Shown here: positions 8,840-19,172 of the stretch, one piece after another
How positions within the stretch are numbered: position 1 is the first letter of the stretch
Layout of the letters: every line of letters begins with the position of its first letter
NCBI GenBank assembly: GCA_903885965.1
Contig: CAISKQ010000035.1
Coordinates: forward strand, 3,926 to 67,925
DNA: 64,000 nucleotides
Direction of reading: 5' to 3'
Origin: an uncultured bacterium
GTDB lineage: Bacteria > Patescibacteriota > Minisyncoccia > Moranbacterales > GWC2-37-73
The notes under the pieces: generated by a model
Seen by the model: only the letters and a program-made list of their open reading frames with translations
Database searches by the model: none
Told to the model about the DNA's origin: nothing
Made by a program: the position numbers and the translations under genes

Positions 8840-10120
8840 ATGGATATTATTTCAAGCTCACTGAATGAAATTATTGCGTCCACAAAAATGGCAGGGCAAG
8901 TTTTCGGTTATGTGTGGTTTTTTATCTTACCCCCAGTTTTCTATTTCTTGTTTAAAACTCTTTGGATGTATCATGTTCAAGAAGCTTTTTGGGCCTCAGC
9001 TAGCTGGGTAGTTTTAGAAATAATTCCTCCCAAAAATATTGAAAAAAGCCCGAAACCCATGGAATCTCTTTTTGTGGGTTTTGCTGGTGTAGAAAAAAGC
9101 TTTAACACGCTTGAGGAATTTGTCGAAGGTGGATTTCCGGATTACATGAGTTTTGAGATGGTCAGCGATCAAGGTTCGGTGCATTTTTATGTGCGCTCGA
9201 TGAAAAAATATCGTCATCTAATTGAGGCTCATCTTTATGCTCAATATCCTGACGTGGAAATCGTTGAAGTGCCAGATTATGTTGATAATGTACCTAAGCT
9301 TGTTCCTAATTCTCAATGGGACCTTTGGGGTACTGACATAGCAATGACAAGAGATCATGATGCTTACCCGATTCGAACCTATCCAAGTTATGAAGAATCA
9401 GTAAGTGGGACCATGATTGATCCTTTGGCAGGATTAATTGAAGTTATGGGAAAGCTTGGGCCAGGTCAACACAGTTGGCTACAATGGGTAATTTCACCAG
9501 CTTCTCCAAAATGGAATAGCACGGTCGGAAAAATGCTCGTAGAAAGGCTCAAGGGAAAAGAAAAAAAGAAGGTAGGTATTTTAGATACGATGTGGAAAGA
9601 TTTATTAGAAGTTTTTGGTAGCATATTTAAATATCTCAGCGCACCCGTTGAATTTGAAGGTGAGAAGAAAAAGGATGAGCAGCCACTGGACACACGTCTA
9701 TCTCCAATGGAAAGAGATGTGCTCAAAGCTGTTGAAACAAATTTGGGAAAAATTCAATTTTCTACCAAAGGCAGATTTATTTATCTTGGCAGACGTGAGA
9801 ATTATGACAAATCACTCGGCGTCTCCGCTTTTTGGGGAGCTTTAAAACAATTCGGCGACGATAATTTGAATGGTTTCAAGCCAGATGGAGATTCTAAAAC
9901 TTTTGCAAATTATATTTTTAAAGTTTCACGTTTGAGATATCGGCAACGAAAACTTTTCCGCAGATATAAGAACAGAAGTAGGGATGGGGTCACAACAGTA
10001 TTAAGCAGTGAGGAACTGGCTACAATATATCACTTGCCAGATATGAATGTTATGGCTCCATCAATTTCACGAGTTGAAGCAAAGCGTGGTGGCGCACCTT
10101 CAAATTTGCCAATTGAATAA
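8840..10120 (+). CDS. Membrane-anchored protein preceding VirD4-like ATPase
   Basis: N-terminal TM, AQYPDVEI.EV.DY, YPIRTY, LSSEELATIYHLP; layout typical of CPR genomes (recollection). Confidence 0.7.
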   Translation: MDIISSSLNEIIASTKMAGQVFGYVWFFILPPVFYFLFKTLWMYHVQEAFWASASWVVLEIIPPKNIEKSPKPMESLFVGFAGVEKSFNTLEEFVEGGFPDYMSFEMVSDQGSVHFYVRSMKKYRHLIEAHLYAQYPDVEIVEVPDYVDNVPKLVPNSQWDLWGTDIAMTRDHDAYPIRTYPSYEESVSGTMIDPLAGLIEVMGKLGPGQHSWLQWVISPASPKWNSTVGKMLVERLKGKEKKKVGILDTMWKDLLEVFGSIFKYLSAPVEFEGEKKKDEQPLDTRLSPMERDVLKAVETNLGKIQFSTKGRFIYLGRRENYDKSLGVSAFWGALKQFGDDNLNGFKPDGDSKTFANYIFKVSRLRYRQRKLFRRYKNRSRDGVTTVLSSEELATIYHLPDMNVMAPSISRVEAKRGGAPSNLPIE

Positions 10121-10201
10121 GCTAGCTGCTAGCTTCATTAGCTGTTAGCTTTTAGGAAGTAAAATAATTTTTTTCAATAATTTCTAAACGACAACGATCG
10201 T

Positions 10202-12238
10202 ATGAATAATAGTGAAATTGCTTTTTTTGCAAAAACTAATTTTCGAAATCAAGAGAGGGTCTTCGGAATCAAAACCGACGATAGACGAAGGCATATGTAT
10301 ATCATCGGAAAAACCGGTATGGGAAAAACTAACCTGCTGGAAAATTTGGTGGTGCAAGACATTCGCAATGGGCATGGAATTTGTTATATCGATCCTCATG
10401 GTGACACAGCCGAGAAACTGCTCAAAGCAATTCCGACGAACAGAATAAATGATGTTATCTATTTAAATCCTTCCGATCAAAATTTTCCACTGGCTTTCAA
10501 TGTTATGGAATCAGTTGATCCAGATTACAGGCATCTTGTCTCATCTGGACTTATTGGGGTTTTCAAGAAGATTTGGGCCGATTCATGGGGACCTCGTTTG
10601 GAATATATCCTGCGAAATGCAATCTTGGCACTTTTGGAATATCCAGGCAGCACATTGCTCGGAGTGACTCGAATCTTGGTGGATAAAAAATATCGAGAAA
10701 GAGTAGTTGATAAAGTTACTGACCCAGTAATCAGACAATTTTGGGTGGATGAATTCCCGAAATGGAGCGACAAAGTTTTGCAAGAAGTCGTCTCGCCGAT
10801 CCAAAACAAAGTCGGTCAATTTCTTTCAAGTTCACTCATTCGAAACATCGTTGGTCAAACTCAGTCATCTTTTGATATTCGAGATATTATGGATTCTCGG
10901 AAGATCCTTATTTTAAACTTGTCCAAGGGGCGTATCGGAGAAGACAACAGTGCGCTTTTGGGGGCTATGATGATCACGAAAATTCAGCTAGCTGCCATGG
11001 GTCGCGTTGACATTGAAGAAGACACCCGAAATGATTTTTATCTTTATGTGGATGAGTTTCAAAACTTTGCTACAGAGTCATTCGCAAACATCTTATCGGA
11101 AGCTCGAAAATATCATCTTAATTTGATTTTAGCAAATCAATATATTACCCAGATTGATGAAAAAGTTCGCGATGCCATCTTTGGTAATGCCGGAACAATA
11201 GTTTCTTTTCGCGTTGGCGCAATGGATGCAGAATTTTTGGAAAAGGAATTCGAACCAGTTTTCATGCAAAATGATATTGTCAATTTGCCGAAATATAACG
11301 TGTATCTGAAATTGATGATTGATGGTATTGCAGGGGATGCATTTTCTGCAAAAGTTTTACCGCCGGTACGTATTGAAGATACAATAGAAAATGAGCAGAA
11401 AATAATTGCTGCCTCAAGAGAAAAATATGCCTCAAGCAAAGATGAAGTTGAGGATAAAATCTCAAGATGGTCAGGGATTATGCCAGCAGCTGGCTTTCAG
11501 ACTGTTAATAAGCCACCCGTGGCTTCATATGGCCCGAACCCAGTCATTATTCAGCAACAGCAGCGCCCTCAGCAGGCTTATGCGTCTCAAACTCAACCAG
11601 GGTCAAATCCAAGGCCCATGGCGCAACCAGTGTTTAATTCTGCCCCTGTCAGGCCTCAGCAGGCCACTGTCGCCCAGAAGGCGCCCTTAGTCAATCAGCC
11701 ACAGCAATTTCAACAAGCTCCGGCACCCGTGACTAAACCTCAAGTGCAACCCATTGAGGAAAATCAAGATTATTACGTTAAACCGATTGACACCCGGCCT
11801 AGGTTTGATGCTATTTGTGATATGTGCAATGATCATATTCAAGTGCCATTTCAACCAGACGGATCGCGTCCAACTTTTTGCAAAGATTGTTTAAAGGAAT
11901 ATCAGCGCATGACTGCCAAAGAAAAACTTATGCAGGAACAAAAAATGCAGCGACAACACGAAGATAAACAAGGGGATGAATATCAGCAACAACCAGCTGC
12001 GCAGCCAAGCAGGATTCCTCGACAGGAGGTTCCACGGGTAACGCCGCAACCCACTAGCGAACCTGCTCAAAAAAATGTGCAGCAAAAAACCTATGCGCCG
12101 CAAGAAAGACCTATGTCACTTTCGCAGATGCAATATATTGCTCCAAAAAAATTCAACTCGCAGCGTCAACGGCCGAATGTAAATTTGGATGAAGTTCGCA
12201 GTTTGATAAATTCTTCACAGCAAAGAAGGGAAGAATAG
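10202..12238 (+). CDS. VirD4/TraG/HerA-FtsK-like ATPase with Q/P-rich linker and CxxC-x17-CxxC domain
   Basis: Walker A GKTGMGKT, IDPHGD, Walker B LYVDEFQNF, EARKY; CDMC-x17-CKDC. Confidence 0.9.
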   Translation: MNNSEIAFFAKTNFRNQERVFGIKTDDRRRHMYIIGKTGMGKTNLLENLVVQDIRNGHGICYIDPHGDTAEKLLKAIPTNRINDVIYLNPSDQNFPLAFNVMESVDPDYRHLVSSGLIGVFKKIWADSWGPRLEYILRNAILALLEYPGSTLLGVTRILVDKKYRERVVDKVTDPVIRQFWVDEFPKWSDKVLQEVVSPIQNKVGQFLSSSLIRNIVGQTQSSFDIRDIMDSRKILILNLSKGRIGEDNSALLGAMMITKIQLAAMGRVDIEEDTRNDFYLYVDEFQNFATESFANILSEARKYHLNLILANQYITQIDEKVRDAIFGNAGTIVSFRVGAMDAEFLEKEFEPVFMQNDIVNLPKYNVYLKLMIDGIAGDAFSAKVLPPVRIEDTIENEQKIIAASREKYASSKDEVEDKISRWSGIMPAAGFQTVNKPPVASYGPNPVIIQQQQRPQQAYASQTQPGSNPRPMAQPVFNSAPVRPQQATVAQKAPLVNQPQQFQQAPAPVTKPQVQPIEENQDYYVKPIDTRPRFDAICDMCNDHIQVPFQPDGSRPTFCKDCLKEYQRMTAKEKLMQEQKMQRQHEDKQGDEYQQQPAAQPSRIPRQEVPRVTPQPTSEPAQKNVQQKTYAPQERPMSLSQMQYIAPKKFNSQRQRPNVNLDEVRSLINSSQQRREE

Positions 12239-12383
12239 CAAGCCATTGCTTGAAAGAATATGGAAAAAGATGCGTAGAACTGATTATGTGCAAGTATATC
12301 TATATTGAATTGAATTAAGCAACAAATTTAAGAAAATAAATCTGATTCTTTCTAAGAGACTCAAATCTTATTTAAAAGAGTGT

Positions 12384-12605
12384 ATGAAAAATAAGTTTTT
12401 AACTTTTTTGTTAATAATTGGCTTGCCAATAGTTGTTGTAGCTATTATTTATATTAACCTTTCCAAAAATTCAAGTCAGGACGCTGCAAGTCCAGCTTCC
12501 TCATCGGTCAGTAGTAGCACTTCCTCCAGTCAAAAGAGTTATGCAACATCTACACAATCAACAAAAAATTCCGCACAACCGACAAAAAGTACGCGTGTTT
12601 CCTAG
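12384..12605 (+). CDS. Small membrane-anchored Ser/Thr-rich protein
   Basis: N-terminal hydrophobic helix then S/T-rich tail; terminator follows. Confidence 0.65.
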   Translation: MKNKFLTFLLIIGLPIVVVAIIYINLSKNSSQDAASPASSSVSSSTSSSQKSYATSTQSTKNSAQPTKSTRVS

Positions 12606-12625
12606 GAATTAGTAGACATAAGATT

Positions 12626-12662
12626 AAAACATCTCACTAATATAACAGTTGAGATGTTTTTT
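12626..12662 (+). terminator. Intrinsic terminator-like hairpin
   Basis: AAAACATCTCA ... TGAGATGTTTTTT. Confidence 0.6.
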
Positions 12663-12721
12663 GTATCGCATAACTGGCAAATCTGATATAATAAATAACA
12701 TAAATACAAATATATTAATAT

Positions 12722-13792
12722 ATGAATCGGAAAATAATCGAATTAACTTTGAGTATATTGACAATGGTTTTTGCATTTATATCTTGGTGGTCTGTTGCTC
12801 GAATCTTTGATGTTTCCGGTGCAAGTAGTTGGACGTCTTCAATGATATCTTTTATATTCTATCTTGTCTTGATTTGTTTGGATATTGCATTATTTACTGA
12901 TATTGTTTTGCTAGAACTATTGTTGACTGGTTCTCTAGTCTTGGGCGTGGTCTTTACGGGTAGCTTGTGGCATCTTTTGGGTGCAATTATTGGCAGTTAT
13001 TTTTTGTTTTTATCTTCTCGAAAAATTCGTCGAGATTTTAAATTGAACGTGAAAATTGATTTTCAAAAATCACTTCGGGCTGGAAAGGCAATGATGATTC
13101 TAGCGATTTCACTTGTTATTTCAGTTCAATATTTTTCGATTGTGAATCGGCTCGATGGTCAGATACTAATTCCGCGCATGGCGATAGGTGGTATTTCCAG
13201 TAAGATTGCTCTTAAGATTTTATCTTTAACCGATCAAAATTTTAAATCACTGGAAAATGCGAACATTACAGTCGATGACTTTATCCTGCAAACTCAAAAA
13301 AATCAAATCGCAAAGCAAAATTTGCAAACTTCTGATTCCAGTGTTTCTCAAATGGTTGAGCAGGAATTGGATAAACAAAACATATCTCCAGCTGATCGTG
13401 AGCAACTTCGAGCTCAAGCAGCTGATAAAATAAATAATTTAAATTCGCAGATTAACAGCGATGAGCAAGCACTCATATTGAAGGGTGGGAGAGATCAACT
13501 ATCAACACTTGTTGGTAGAAACGTTCAAGGATCTGAAAATGTTTCAAACGTCATGGCAGAACTTGTTAGCAAAAAAATTGAAAATACTTTCACTCCTAGC
13601 GTCACTGGGCAGCAGCGCTCATCTTCTTTTGCGGGAGTACTTGCTGGGATATTATTCTTCACTGTCCTTTCTATTGGCTCTTTGCTAAGTTTCATTTTTT
13701 TTGGTCTGAGTTGGCTAATATTTTTACTTTTAACTAAGTTTAAATTTATTGAAATCAAAACGATAACAGTCGAAAAGGAAATAATCTTGTAG
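12722..13792 (+). CDS. Polytopic membrane protein of unknown function
   Basis: Several N-terminal TM helices, Q/S-rich helical loop, C-terminal TM. Confidence 0.75.
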   Translation: MNRKIIELTLSILTMVFAFISWWSVARIFDVSGASSWTSSMISFIFYLVLICLDIALFTDIVLLELLLTGSLVLGVVFTGSLWHLLGAIIGSYFLFLSSRKIRRDFKLNVKIDFQKSLRAGKAMMILAISLVISVQYFSIVNRLDGQILIPRMAIGGISSKIALKILSLTDQNFKSLENANITVDDFILQTQKNQIAKQNLQTSDSSVSQMVEQELDKQNISPADREQLRAQAADKINNLNSQINSDEQALILKGGRDQLSTLVGRNVQGSENVSNVMAELVSKKIENTFTPSVTGQQRSSSFAGVLAGILFFTVLSIGSLLSFIFFGLSWLIFLLLTKFKFIEIKTITVEKEIIL

Positions 13793-13809
13793 TTGCGACG
13801 TAGAATTAA

Positions 13810-13836
13810 TTAGCACTCATCATTAGGGATTGCTAA
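13810..13836. promoter_or_regulatory. CIRCE element (HrcA operator)
   Basis: TTAGCACTC-N9-GATTGCTAA, one mismatch to TTAGCACTC-N9-GAGTGCTAA, upstream of dnaJ. Confidence 0.9.
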
Positions 13837-13949
13837 TTTTTTGTTTTCAAGGTAGACTATTTTAAGTAGAGTATTATCCCTGAAAAATATGTCAAAATAG
13901 AACTTATGTGCTTGCCCTTATAAATGTAATAAAAGTATCAATAAAATAT

Positions 13950-15065
13950 ATGGCAAAAGATTTATATGAAACTCTAGGTGTCAACAAAGGCGCCAATGAT
14001 GATGAAATAAAAAAAGCATATCGGAAACTTGCGCACAAGCATCATCCAGATAAAACAGGCGGAAACGCTGATAAGTTCAAGGAGATAAATGCTGCTTATC
14101 AAGTTCTCTCAGATAAGGAAAAACGTAGCCAATATGACCAATATGGGCAGACTTTTGAACAAGGGCAGCGTGGCGGAGGCGGTCAAGGCTTCGGCGGTTT
14201 CTCCTCACAAGGTTTTGATTTTTCCGGCTTCCAGCAAGGCGGAGGTGGTCAAGGCTTTGAATTTGGTGGCGGTTTCGAAGATATTTTTTCTGATATTTTT
14301 GGAGGTGGTGGAGGTCGAGGGGGAAGTTCTCAAAAAGCTGGTCGCGACATTCAGATTGATGCTGAAATAAGTTTTGAAGAAATGGTCAAAGGCGCACATC
14401 GAGAAGTCTCATTGCTTCGCAGAGTCGTTTGCGGTCTGTGTAAGGGAAGTGGTGGCGAGCCTGGTGCAAAAGAAGAAAACTGTCATACTTGCAAGGGTTC
14501 AGGTCAAATCAAACAGACCGTGCGGAGTTTTTTTGGCACATTTGTTCAAGCCTCAACTTGTCCGACATGCTCAGGCAGCGGAAAAACTTATGCTAAAAAG
14601 TGCCATAAATGCAGTGGTGAAGGCCGAGTTCGAGAACAGCAATCAATAGCTTTTGACATTCCGGCAGGAATTTCTAATGGTCAAACTATTTCACTTCAAG
14701 GTCAGGGCGAGGCTGGAGAAAGAGGTTCTTCTAATGGAGATTTATTTGTTAACATTCACATAAAGCAGCATAACTTTTTTGAGAGAAAAGGCAACGATAT
14801 TTTGTCGACTGAGCACATCTCATATTCTCAGGCTGTCCTGGGTGACAAGATAAGCGTGCGAACAATTAATGAGAATATCAGCATTAAAATTCCTGCCGGC
14901 ACTCAAGGCGGCGAAACATTTCGCATCAAGGAGCAAGGCGTGCCGCAACTTGGCAGAAACTCTGCTCGCGGTCATCAATTAGTTAAGATTATTGTAGACG
15001 TGCCAAAAAATTTGAGTCGCGATCAAAAGAAACTCTTGGAAGAATTGAAGAAAAGTGGATTATAA
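13950..15065 (+). CDS. dnaJ: Chaperone DnaJ
   Basis: J domain with HPD, G/F-rich region, four CxxCxGxG repeats; ATG at 13950. Confidence 0.98.
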   Translation: MAKDLYETLGVNKGANDDEIKKAYRKLAHKHHPDKTGGNADKFKEINAAYQVLSDKEKRSQYDQYGQTFEQGQRGGGGQGFGGFSSQGFDFSGFQQGGGGQGFEFGGGFEDIFSDIFGGGGGRGGSSQKAGRDIQIDAEISFEEMVKGAHREVSLLRRVVCGLCKGSGGEPGAKEENCHTCKGSGQIKQTVRSFFGTFVQASTCPTCSGSGKTYAKKCHKCSGEGRVREQQSIAFDIPAGISNGQTISLQGQGEAGERGSSNGDLFVNIHIKQHNFFERKGNDILSTEHISYSQAVLGDKISVRTINENISIKIPAGTQGGETFRIKEQGVPQLGRNSARGHQLVKIIVDVPKNLSRDQKKLLEELKKSGL

Positions 15066-15197
15066 ACTATCATACGATGTTATTTTTGGGTATATAAAGC
15101 GAGCAAAAAATGCTCGTTTTATACATTTTACGGATTTCTAAAAAAAGGGTATAATAAAAAAAATAATAAACCTTAACTTAAAATACAAATAAAAATA

Positions 15198-17267
15198 ATG
15201 AACAATGAAACACTAGGAATTTTGTTTGCTCCAAAATCAATTGCTATTGTTGGTGCTTCAAATAAAAAAGGCAAAATAGGTACCGTGCTGGCAGACAACA
15301 TAATAAAACTTGGATACAAAGGAAAGGTCTATTTTGTAAATCCTTCATACGGGATGATTGGCCTGCGAAAATGCTATGCAACGCTGGAGGAAATTCCAAA
15401 GGAAGTTGATTTGGCAATTCTAGCCATTCCGGCCAAATTCGTGCTTGAGACAATCGAGAAATCTGCAAATAAAGTTAAGAATTTTGTCATAATTTCTGCG
15501 GGTTTTTCAGAAACGGGTGCAAGTGGAAAAAAGCTTGAAGATAAAATTAATCAATTAGCACGGAGCAAAAAACTTAACATTCTTGGACCGAATTGTTTAG
15601 GCTTTATTGCTCCTACAGTTAAGCTTAACGCTTCTTTCGCTGGTGGCATGCCTGCGGTTGGGAATATTGCTTTTGTGTCACAATCTGGAGCGCTTGCAGT
15701 AGCACTGATGGATAAGGCAAAGAAAGAGAATTTGGCTTTTTCAAAAATTGTTTCAATCGGAAACAAGATGCAAATTTCAGAGTCACAATTGATCGAATAT
15801 TTGGGAAATGATGAACGTACGAAAGTTATTGGGATGTATTTAGAGGGAATTAAGGATGGGGAAGCATTTTTGAAAGCAGCTAGCAAGGTTTCAATGAAAA
15901 AACCTATCGTAATTTTGAAAGCGGGAAAAACAGCCAAAACTTTGCTCGCAATAGCCTCGCACACAGGAGCAATGGCAGGAAGTGATGAAATTACAAGTGT
16001 TGCGTTTGAAAAGGCTGGCGTGATAAGGGCAAATGATTTGGATGAATTTTTGAATTTGCTTAAATTGATTAGCAATTGCGATTCTCCGAAAAGCTCTTTA
16101 TGTGGCGTCATCACCAATGCTGGAGGCGCAGGTGTTTTAGCGACAGATGCTTTCAAAGATAAAAACTTAGTACTGGCAGATATCTCTGCTGCTGCAAGAA
16201 AGAAATTAAAAAAAATCCTCCCAGCCGAATCTTCAATTGAAAATCCGATTGACCTTTTGGGTGATGCTCAGGAAGATCGCTATCAGGATGTGTTGGAAAT
16301 TTTGCACAAAGAAAAAATCGAAAATATCTTTTGTTTACTAACCCCTCAGGGTCAAACGAGAGTTGAGCAGATTGCCATTACTGCGATGACATTTTCTCGG
16401 AAAAGAGATATAAATATCATTCCTGTTTTTATTGGAGGCGAAAAAATTGCTAAAGCGCTTAGGGGTTTCGCAACAGAAGGTTTGGTAAATTTTGCCACAC
16501 CTGAAACGGCAATCAGTTCGCTGGAAAAATATCGAATTTGGCAGCTATTTGCTGATAATAGTGCAAAAGTCTCGAATTTGAAGCTTGATGATAGCAGAAG
16601 GCGGCAGTCACAGGCAATAATCACAAAAGCTATTTCTGAAAAACGTAAAGCGCTTTCTTTTGCAGATTCTGCAAAAATAATGGAACTTTATGGCATTGGG
16701 GCGGTTGCTCACGCAACTGTAACTGATGAAAATATAGACAATTTAAAACTCGGTTTTCCCTTGGCGCTTAAGGTTGATTCGGATTTGATTTTGCATAAAA
16801 CCGATCAAGGCGGGTTGCGTTTGGGTATTAAAAATGAAGAAGAATTGCAAGAAGCTTTCGGTGAAATGCAAAAAAGTTTTCCTGGAGAAATGATTATTGC
16901 GCAAGCCCAAGTTGATAAATTTGCAGAAATAATTTTAGGCATCAAGAGAGACCCAATTTTCGGACCAGTAATTGTCTATGGCCTGGGTGGTATCTATACT
17001 GAGATTTTCAAGTTGGTAAATTTCCTGCTGACTCCCATGAATCTCAAGGAAATTGAAGCGCAAATCCTGAAAAGCAAAATAAATTTTTTGTTCAAAGGCG
17101 CCAGGGGTCAGGCCGTATGCAATAGTAAAGAGCTGGCTAAAATTTTATTTGGGCTGATGTATTTCGCTCAAGAGAACCCTCAGGTAAATGAGTTCGACAT
17201 TAATCCGCTCTTTATATATAATAATGGGCAAGATGCATGTGCTGTTGATATTAAAATTATATTTTAG
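15198..17267 (+). CDS. ADP-forming acetate/acyl--CoA ligase, fused alpha-beta
   Basis: PKSIAIVGAS, GPNCLG, SQSGA, SHTGAMAG phospho-His motif, NPIDL, HKTDQGG, DINPL. Confidence 0.92.
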   Translation: MNNETLGILFAPKSIAIVGASNKKGKIGTVLADNIIKLGYKGKVYFVNPSYGMIGLRKCYATLEEIPKEVDLAILAIPAKFVLETIEKSANKVKNFVIISAGFSETGASGKKLEDKINQLARSKKLNILGPNCLGFIAPTVKLNASFAGGMPAVGNIAFVSQSGALAVALMDKAKKENLAFSKIVSIGNKMQISESQLIEYLGNDERTKVIGMYLEGIKDGEAFLKAASKVSMKKPIVILKAGKTAKTLLAIASHTGAMAGSDEITSVAFEKAGVIRANDLDEFLNLLKLISNCDSPKSSLCGVITNAGGAGVLATDAFKDKNLVLADISAAARKKLKKILPAESSIENPIDLLGDAQEDRYQDVLEILHKEKIENIFCLLTPQGQTRVEQIAITAMTFSRKRDINIIPVFIGGEKIAKALRGFATEGLVNFATPETAISSLEKYRIWQLFADNSAKVSNLKLDDSRRRQSQAIITKAISEKRKALSFADSAKIMELYGIGAVAHATVTDENIDNLKLGFPLALKVDSDLILHKTDQGGLRLGIKNEEELQEAFGEMQKSFPGEMIIAQAQVDKFAEIILGIKRDPIFGPVIVYGLGGIYTEIFKLVNFLLTPMNLKEIEAQILKSKINFLFKGARGQAVCNSKELAKILFGLMYFAQENPQVNEFDINPLFIYNNGQDACAVDIKIIF

Positions 17268-17395
17268 TTCTAAATATTAATTGGTGAGAGATTTTTGTGT
17301 GCTGAGTTGCCTTTGATTTGTTAGGGCTATGTAAATTACAGTATTTGATATATAATGCATAGATAATATACAAAAGAAACATCGCAAAAACGTTT

Positions 17396-19129
17396 ATGGC
17401 AAAATGGCTAAGCAGAGAGCTAGTTGAGATTCCTTCTGAATTTTCACTGAAATTGCATTCCCTGGTAAAGCAAATTCTATTTTCTCGAGGACTCAAATCA
17501 GAAAAGGAGCTTCAGGCGTTCATTGCGCCAGATTATCAAACGGATTGTCTTAATCCGTTTCTTTTTTGTGAGATGGAAAAACTTATTGAAAGAATCAGGC
17601 TTGCGCGCGACCTCAAAGAAAAAGTGATAATTTTTGGCGACTATGATGCAGATGGTATCACCTCAAGTGCTATCCTGAAAGAAACTTTCAGTGAGCTTGG
17701 AGTTGACGCCGATGTCTACATCCCTGACAAGCGAACCGAAGGATATGGCCTTAATTTGCTAGCTATCGATATCTTTAAAATTGCCGGCGTGAAATTGATT
17801 ATCACTGTGGACTGTGGCATTACTAGTTTTGCTGAGACTGAAAAAGCCAAGCAGTATGGGATTGATGTCATCATTACCGACCATCATCATGTTCCAGAAA
17901 AGCTGCCAAATGCACTGGCAATTATTAATCCTCATCAGAAAAATTGTGGTTATCCATTTGAAGATTTAGCGGGAGTAGGAGTAGCTTTCAAGGTTGTGCA
18001 GGCGATTTATGAAAAATTGATGCCAGAAAAGATTGGACAGACAAAATGGATGTTGGACTTAGTTTCAATTGGAACCATAGCTGATTGCGTTCCCTTGATT
18101 GGAGAAAACAGATTATTCGTGAAGTATGGCTTAGTTGTTCTTTCGAAGACTCGCCGAGTTGGTCTTTTAGAGCTGTTTACTGTGGGTAGAATAGTTATTG
18201 ATGAATCTGCTATTCCTGATACGAAAAAAGTTTCTTTTTACATAGCGCCAAGAATAAACGCTGCAGGCAGAATCAATCATGCCAACTTGGCATACAATTT
18301 GATAGTTGAAAAAGATACGGTTCGCGCTCGAGATTTTGCCTTAGAGTTGGAAGAAAATAACATTGAGCGACAAAAGATTACGGCTGAAGTTGTCAAAGAA
18401 ATCAAGTCATTGGCTGAAAATTCTTATAAAAACAAAAAAATTATTTTTGCAATTAGCGATCATTTTCCAATTGGCGTAGTTGGCTTGGTGGCTGGAAAAA
18501 TTGCGCAAATGTTTAATAAACCGACAGCTATTTTTCAAAAGGGAACTGATGAAAGCAAGGGATCTTTTCGAAGCATTCCACAGATAAACATTATTGAATC
18601 CATCGGAAAGTGTAGTCATTTGCTGCTAAAATTTGGTGGACACAGTCAAGCCGCAGGAGTATCGGTGCGAAATGACCAAATGGAAAATTTCCAGAAGGCA
18701 TTAGAGGAAATAATTGAAAAGCAACTCGAGGGAATTGAATTAGAATCAGAAATTATTATTGATGGGCAGGTGGAAACAAAGGAAATAGGTTTCGATTTAA
18801 TCGCTGATATTGAAAAGCTTAAGCCTTTCGGAATGGGCAATGCTGAACCAATAATACTAGTAAAAAATCTAGTTATTAATGAAAAAAGATTCCTTGGATC
18901 TGAAAAGAAACATGTGAAATTCTTGCTCTCCCTAGCCGAAAAAAATTCCTCAGACAATGAAAGCATGCGAGTCTTTGAAGCGATTAGCTTTAATGGCGGT
19001 GAGAAATTTGCGTCGCTGAAAGAAAATGATCAGATTGACATTCTGTGCAACATCCAAAAGGACGACTGGAACGGGAATAGCAGAATTCAGCTTAACGTAG
19101 TTGATATGAGAATTAGCAAGATAAGTTAG
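17396..19129 (+). CDS. recJ: Single-stranded-DNA exonuclease RecJ
   Basis: GDYDADG, TVDCG, TDHH, PRINAAGR, GGHSQAAG. Confidence 0.97.
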   Translation: MAKWLSRELVEIPSEFSLKLHSLVKQILFSRGLKSEKELQAFIAPDYQTDCLNPFLFCEMEKLIERIRLARDLKEKVIIFGDYDADGITSSAILKETFSELGVDADVYIPDKRTEGYGLNLLAIDIFKIAGVKLIITVDCGITSFAETEKAKQYGIDVIITDHHHVPEKLPNALAIINPHQKNCGYPFEDLAGVGVAFKVVQAIYEKLMPEKIGQTKWMLDLVSIGTIADCVPLIGENRLFVKYGLVVLSKTRRVGLLELFTVGRIVIDESAIPDTKKVSFYIAPRINAAGRINHANLAYNLIVEKDTVRARDFALELEENNIERQKITAEVVKEIKSLAENSYKNKKIIFAISDHFPIGVVGLVAGKIAQMFNKPTAIFQKGTDESKGSFRSIPQINIIESIGKCSHLLLKFGGHSQAAGVSVRNDQMENFQKALEEIIEKQLEGIELESEIIIDGQVETKEIGFDLIADIEKLKPFGMGNAEPIILVKNLVINEKRFLGSEKKHVKFLLSLAEKNSSDNESMRVFEAISFNGGEKFASLKENDQIDILCNIQKDDWNGNSRIQLNVVDMRISKIS

Positions 19130-19172
19130 TGGCTAGTTGTTTGCATAAGTTTCAAAATAAACAACTTTTTCT

